Assembly (NCBI GenBank): GCA_051294375.1
Contig: JBJCIZ010001321.1
Coordinates: 1 to 16,531 of the forward strand
From: Paraspadella gotoi
Taxonomy: Eukaryota; Animalia; Chaetognatha
Direction of reading: 5' to 3'
Length of the DNA: 16,531 bases
Part shown: piece after piece, positions 11,274-16,531 of the stretch
Layout of the letters: each line of letters opens with the position of its first letter
Numbering within the stretch: the first letter of the stretch is position 1
Notes under the pieces: generated by a model
Databases searched by the model: none
What the model was told of the DNA's origin: nothing
What the model saw: the letters and a program-made list of their open reading frames with translations, nothing else
Translations under genes and position numbers: made by a program

Positions 11274-11368
11274 CCACGCTGACAGTAGCAAAAGTAAACT
11301 GATTAATTCCATTCGACGGCAAACTCCGCCTATTGAGACAATGGATTCGTTGCATCATTCGTTGATGT
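11274..11368 (-). CDS. EGF-repeat exon C (mirror copy)
   Basis: The minus strand reads TTTTCTTCAG|AC ATC AAC GAA TG.. GCA ACG AAT CCA ..TGT CTC AAT .GGC GGA GTT TGC .GTC GA.T GGA ATT AAT CAG TTT ACT ..TGC TAC TGT CAG CGT GG|GTA. After removing small insertions this is [29 protein letters not shown]. Confidence 0.8.
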
Positions 11369-11591
11369 CTGAAGAAAATAAAATTATCTTTTTTTTTCGA
11401 GAAAATTATTCGAAGGTGTCGGCTACGAGTCTCGTTAAGAAATTCCGCGTTGGCAGAAAAAAACTTGTTTGTTCATTTGGGTTGTCGAAATATTTAACCG
11501 CGATTTTAAATGTTATTCTCGGAAATTACAACCAGGCGTCGTTAATGAATCTTTACGATACTAAAAAAAAATATGAATTTATAATTAAATA

Positions 11592-12603
11592 GGCAATCCC
11601 GAGTTGAATTCGCTCTGGAGGGCCTATGGGAAAACGAAGAGAAAGAAGAGGAAAAAATAAAGTTCGTTTCTTACGGAAAAGAAATTTAAGACCGGTAAAC
11701 AATAATGATATTAAATCGTTTTTAGCTTCACGAGACTAAAGATTTCTTTTTAATTCTTAAAAAATTTAATTATAATATTTTTTTTAATTGCCTTTGATAG
11801 ATTATTTAGCAAAATAACAGTTTTTATTTGTGATAACTCACGATCATTTAATTAATTCGGATATGTTTTGTTTCTTAATTTTTTGTGAACCTTCACAACC
11901 ATTTTTAATAAATATTTGGATACCACTTGAGAGTTAATAGAGAAAGAGAGGCAATTTAAAACTTGATATCTCTCCACTATCTCTCTCCGAATTATTAAAT
12001 GACGCAATTGTAATCATAAATAAAATTCTGTTACTTTGTAAATATTTAGTATTATATTTTTTTTATAAATTTATTAAATTTAAATATTCTTTTTTGAAAT
12101 AAATTAAATTATTATATACTTACCGAAACTTAATTTAATTTAAACTAAATTTACCATTAACTTACCCTTAACCCAACTTACACTCCCTAACCTAAACTTA
12201 CCTCTACCCTAAAGCTTACCCCCTTACCCTAAACCATAACTTACCCTAACACCTAACTTATCCTAACCCTACTTCCTAACCCTTACTTTACCCCTAACTT
12301 TTTTAACCTTCATTTATTTTTTCTAGTTAACTTCACTTTATTCTTAATTTATTCCTTTAACATATTTATTAATAACCTATTTTTACCCAATATATATTGG
12401 TTGTACCAATTTCATATACAAAATAAAAATATTTAAAAAAAATTTATGAACTGAATTCCTTTATTTTTTTTCCACCGAAACGTTATCTTTTGCCGTTCCA
12501 TTTGTTCCTTCTATTCTTTTATTCCCGTTAATTCTTAAAGGAAAACCTTGCTCTTCGTTTTCCCATTAGGACCTCCCAGAGGGCATTGATCTCCAGGAAG
12601 GCC
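11592..12603. mobile_element. Putative non-autonomous DNA transposon (MITE), ~1.0 kb, with ~55-bp terminal inverted repeats, in the intron between EGF exons B and C
   Basis: 11592-11645 (GGCAATCCCGAG...CTCTGGAGGGCCTATGGGAAAACGAAGAGAAAG) matches the reverse complement of 12547-12603 (GGCCTTCCTGGAG...CTCTGGGAGGTCCTAATGGGAAAACGAAGAGCAAG). Flanks are ATA and TTA. No transposase ORF inside. Confidence 0.55.
12160..12300 (-). repeat. Degenerate telomere-like CCCTAA/CTTACC tract (mirror copy)
   Basis: For example CTTACCCTAACACCTAACTTATCCTAACCCT. Lies between the two TIRs. Confidence 0.75.
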
Positions 12604-12744
12604 TTACATATTAACAATTGTATGCATACACTAGAGAAACGCTGATAGTTCAAACTATGGCTTTATAAATAAGAATAACAAACTATATATCGGAAATAAT
12701 TTAACATTTTTATTAATTAATACAAAGAGAATGATGTACGTTAC

Positions 12745-12912
12745 TTTCCCTGACAGATGACTCCAGTTCCATCCAGGCGACGCATCTACCAATAAAATCC
12801 ATTGACTTGTCCACACAAAGTTCCCTCCATTTAGACAATGATTGTTAGACGCAGTCATCAACACAATTTCAACAGTTTTTCCCGCGTAACAGGACGAAAC
12901 AGTGCATGGTAT
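12745..12912 (-). CDS. EGF-repeat exon B (mirror copy)
   Basis: Minus-strand CAG|ATAC acceptor (12913-12915) and GTAA donor (12741-12744). The supplied ORF 12655..12864 shows in-frame fragments NNHCLNGG and PGW. Confidence 0.8.
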
Positions 12913-13659
12913 CTGGGGGGTGGGGAAGTTTATTTAAAATGTTAAGTACTGGACATGAACGCTCTCAAGTAATATTTATAACATTGTACTAATTAAAATA
13001 TTCATGTGAAATACATTTTTTTCTAATAATCGCCGATTTTATTTGTAATCTTAATGAGGGAAAGTAGAAAAAAGTAAATTGTGGTTTATTAACTTAGAAA
13101 TAATTTTTTTGGAACTTTTATGTCGTTTTTTATGCGTAATCCAATGTGATCATTATTCTTCACCCTTAAACATTAAGCGATTCCTCGAAAAACCAGAAAA
13201 AATTTATTCTCAAAACGACCCATTTTTCTCATAGATTTTTTTCTTTGAAAACAAGTTATTATTTTTATTTTTGTTATTAAATTTTTTTTTTTTTCATTCG
13301 GTTTTTATCTCTTTTCGCTTCTTTTTTCCGGACATATGTTTTCGTAAAAGCCGTGCCGCATTTCAATTTAAATTAAGAATTAAATGTAGAGTTTTGAAAG
13401 CTTAGTGTTATATTTAATGGTTTAAAGATAAGGGTTATTGTATTTGGATTAAGGGTTTGCTTTGGAATTTAGGTTCTGAATTTAAAAAAGGATAAATATC
13501 TTTTATCAGATTTTATCTTTTATCAGAGATAGAAACGAAAATGAAGGCGTTTTTAGAAAAGAGCCGATTTTTTTTCTTTTTTCCTTTTTTTTCATTTCCA
13601 TTCCTGCCCTTTTTTTACAACTTTCTCAAGACGCTGAAGGCTTTTTTGTTACGTTTTTT

Positions 13660-14478
13660 TCTTGCTTTGCTTTTCTTCCCGTTGTTACGATTTCTCTCTT
13701 CTTCTCTCTCTCTTCTCCTCTCTCTCGTCTCTCTCCTTTCTCTCTCTCTCTCTCTTCTCTCCCTCTCTGTCTCTCTGTCTCCTCCTCTTCCGCAAAATCA
13801 TCCCTCCATTTCTCTCTTGACACGTCGCCATTTCTCCCTGCCGATAAATGTCTTTCTTATAAATATATAATATAGCTTTCTTCTTCTTCTCTCTGTCTTT
13901 CTCCTCTTTCTGGGGTCTTTCTCTCCTCTCTCTCTCTCCTCTCCTTCCTCCTCTTCTCTCTTAACTCTCTACTCTCTATGCATTTGATATCTACAGAAAT
14001 CTCTTTATATGCGATGACTTTTCCTTCATTACATTTATTGTGTTTTTTTACTCTTCGAATTTCAATTTTTCTTCTTTTTTGCTTTTCCTTTTTTTTTAGG
14101 ACTACCTTCTCATTTATTCATATTGTTATTTCTCACTTTTATCGCTTCCTTCATTCTCTCCATTAATTTCTCTTAATCCTTCTTCTCTTTATTTTCTTTT
14201 TCTTCTTCTTTCTCTTCTTCTTCCTCTTCTTCTTCCCCACTCTTCCTCTTTCCTCTTCCCTTTCCTCCAATATTTTAGTCCCTCCGCTTTCTTCTCTCTC
14301 CTCGCAATCTTCGCTCCTTCGCCCTCGTCTCTCATTTCTCTTTTCTTGCTCCCTCACCCTCCTCCCTCTCTTCGTCGATCCATATCCTTTCTCCCACCTC
14401 TCTTCTCTCTCTTCTCGTCTCTCTCTGCTCGTCTCTCTTCTCGTCTCTCTCTCTCTCTCTCTTTCCTTCTTCTCTCCG
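13660..14478. repeat. Intronic polypyrimidine region with (CT)n tracts (mirror copy)
   Basis: CT runs at ~13692-13790, ~13880-13978 and ~14390-14476. Confidence 0.9.
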
Positions 14479-14484
14479 ACTCAC

Positions 14485-14605
14485 TCTGGCAATGCGTTCC
14501 AAACTGCAGGTGGCGGAGTTGAGACACAGGATTGGCCCGGACATTCGTTGATTGTTGACTTGCGCAATGAATTCCTTCGTAGCGTCGAGGCAGTTTGCAC
14601 GAATA
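14485..14605 (-). CDS. EGF-repeat exon A (mirror copy)
   Basis: The minus strand contains TAT TCG TGC, TAC GAA GGA ATT CAT TGC, ATC AAC GAA TGT and TGT CTC AAC TCC GCC ACC TGC (CLNSATC, visible in ORF 14332..14544), then the GTGAGT donor at 14484-14479. Confidence 0.8.
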
Positions 14606-14984
14606 GAGAAGAGGACGGCAAATGAAGAGACAGAGAGCAGCGGTCGTCGTCGTCGCGTCGTCGTCGTTCGTTTTAAGTAATTTTCCTATTTCGAATCTCG
14701 ATTAAATCGGAAAGAAAAAACGGAATTTTAAAATTAAAATTTGTTTACATTTTCGAAAATGAGGCTTTCAGGAGAAATATAGCCGAGTTTTTTGAAGGGA
14801 CAATTTATTTTTTATTTAGGCATTTTGGTATATACAAATATAATACATGCAGACAACCGATTGTCCGCTTTAAAATGTCCTTCCCATTTATAAATATAAT
14901 TAATAAAAATTATTTATAATTTTAGTAGTGGATATGTCCGTTTGTCACTGATATAATAAATAAAGTCCAACGTTTTATCGTATC

Positions 14985-15432
14985 GTGAAAATGATATGAA
15001 ATGAAATGATTATGATGAACGATATATGAATGATATGAATAAATGATATGAAATAAATGATATAAGATGAAATGGTATGAATGAATGATATGAATGAAAC
15101 GATAATAATGAAATGATTGAAATGAATGAATATGAATGAAACGATATGAATGATATATAAATGAAATGATATGAATGAAATGATATGAAGAAAATGATAA
15201 TGAAAAAGATAATGAATAAATGCTAAGATGAAATGATTGATAAATGATATGATAAATGAAATGAATGAAATAGAATAAATGAATGAAAATGATAGATAAT
15301 GATATGAATAAAGTGATATGAATAAAGTGATATGAATAAATGATATGATAAAATGATATGAATGAAAGTATGAAATATAGATTGAAAATGTAATGAAATG
15401 ATATGAATGAAATGATATGAATAAAATGATAG
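14985..15432. repeat. ~14-bp satellite (mirror copy; ATATGAATGAAATG)
   Basis: Reverse complement of 1710-2175. Confidence 0.92.
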
Positions 15433-15621
15433 TTATCTTGTCTTTTTAGAAATTCAGCTTCGGTCAATCGACTCTTTTTTTTTCGTCACAGAAAAAAACC
15501 GGAAACCGTAAATCTTTCTTTTCTTTTCTTTTCTTTTCTTTTCTTTTCTATTCTTGTTTCTTTTTTCTTCTTGACGAAGTAATTGTTGCTCTCAAGTTTA
15601 CGAGTAAAAAAAAAGAGGTTC

Positions 15622-15661
<40 letters not shown>

Positions 15662-15985
15662 TGAGAGTTGGGCCAGAAACGGAAGTGGAACAGGGAATAA
15701 GGTGGGGCAGGGTTATTATATAAGTGAGTTAGGGATGGAGTTGGATCATAGATGAAGGCGGGTCAGGGATCAAACTGAGTCAGAGAATGAGACGGGTCAG
15801 GGATGGAACTGACAATGCGGAATGTGACTTGAAATTTATTTTATAACATTTTAATCATTAAATAAACATAAACTCATCGCGAGAGAAAAAGAAAAATAAG
15901 AAAATGTTTTTTTCATTTGATGCCGAAAGCTAAACTAATCGTCGCTAAATAAAAGAGAATAAGTTTTTTTGTGAGTTAAAAGAGA

Positions 15986-16013
15986 ACGACGACGACGACG
16001 ACGACGACGACGA
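15986..16013. repeat. (ACG)n microsatellite (mirror copy)
   Basis: About 9 ACG units. Confidence 0.95.
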
Positions 16014-16119
16014 GGAAAAAGGAGATTGGGTCCCCCCCCAAAAAAAACTCTCGTTTTAACGAGAGACACAAGCGTCGAAATAATTGAAGGTCTGGGTGGA
16101 GTAAAAAGATCTTTATCAT

Positions 16120-16385
16120 TTCTTTGTTCGCTAATATTTTTCCTTTGTTCTTTAATATCTTTTTTAGTTCTGTAATCCTTTTTCTTTGTTCGCTAATCTT
16201 TTTCCTTTGTTCTTTAATCCCTTTTCTTAGTTCTGTAATCATTTTTCTTTGTTCGCTAATCTTTTTCCTTTGTTGTTTAATTTTTGTTGTTGTCTAATTT
16301 CTTTTCTTAGTTCTGTAATCCTTTTTCCTTTATCTTTAATCTTTTTCCTTTGTTCTTTAGTTTTTTCTTAGTTCTGTAAGTCTTT
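16120..16385 (-). repeat. 21-bp minisatellite (mirror copy)
   Basis: Reverse complement of 735-1002. Translates as ITELRKG-IKEQRKK-ISEQRKR in ORF 15976..16242. Confidence 0.9.
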
Positions 16386-16531
16386 TTTTATCTTTGATCT
16401 TTCTTTTTTTTTAAATTGGGGAAAAGAAAAAAGAAAAGAGAGAGATTTTGGGAATGAGAGGTAGATGTCATACTTGAAAAAAATGTTTGTAAATATAAAA
16501 AAGAGAAAAAAGAAAAGAGAAAATTAGGAAG

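Larger units (their letters stand above)
11060..16531 (-). repeat. Right arm of the window-scale inverted repeat
   Basis: Reverse complement of the left arm at all anchors listed there. It is shorter (~5.5 kb vs ~7 kb) because the inner left arm is insertion-rich. Confidence 0.95.

Noticed and set aside
11251-11592. 113-aa plus-strand ORF
   Set aside because: Antisense to EGF exon C and its intron; no recognisable domain.
12547-12601. Mini-exon reading LPGDQCPLGGPNGKTKSK on the minus strand
   Set aside because: Exon B joins exon C directly in phase to give a canonical CQENINEC linker, and this segment has an inverted partner ~1 kb away, so a TIR explains it better. Alternative splicing is not formally excluded.
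14922-15467. 181-aa His/Ile/Phe-rich ORF (and 2086-2321)
   Set aside because: Translation of the 14-bp satellite; not maintained in the mirror arm.

Overview
AT-rich, microsatellite-dense DNA that looks like an animal (metazoan) genome, not prokaryotic. The window is one long fold-back: ~585-7600 is the reverse complement of ~11060-16531. Identity is high at the outer ends and decays, with heavy indels, towards an unalignable ~3.4-kb centre. This is most simply an uncorrected long read (or a contig built from one) that read both strands of one molecule. Using the two arms as two noisy reads of one locus reveals a spliced gene the ORF track misses: at least three GT-AG exons encoding tandem calcium-binding-type EGF repeats (Notch/Crumbs/Eyes-shut/fibropellin-like). 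One intron carries a ~1-kb element with ~55-bp terminal inverted repeats and a telomere-like TTAGG(G) core (putative MITE). The rest is simple repeats, a ~14-bp satellite and a 21-bp minisatellite that translates as coiled-coil heptads. Nearly all supplied ORFs are repeat-derived or off-frame. No CRISPR array, RNA gene or prokaryotic system is supported.
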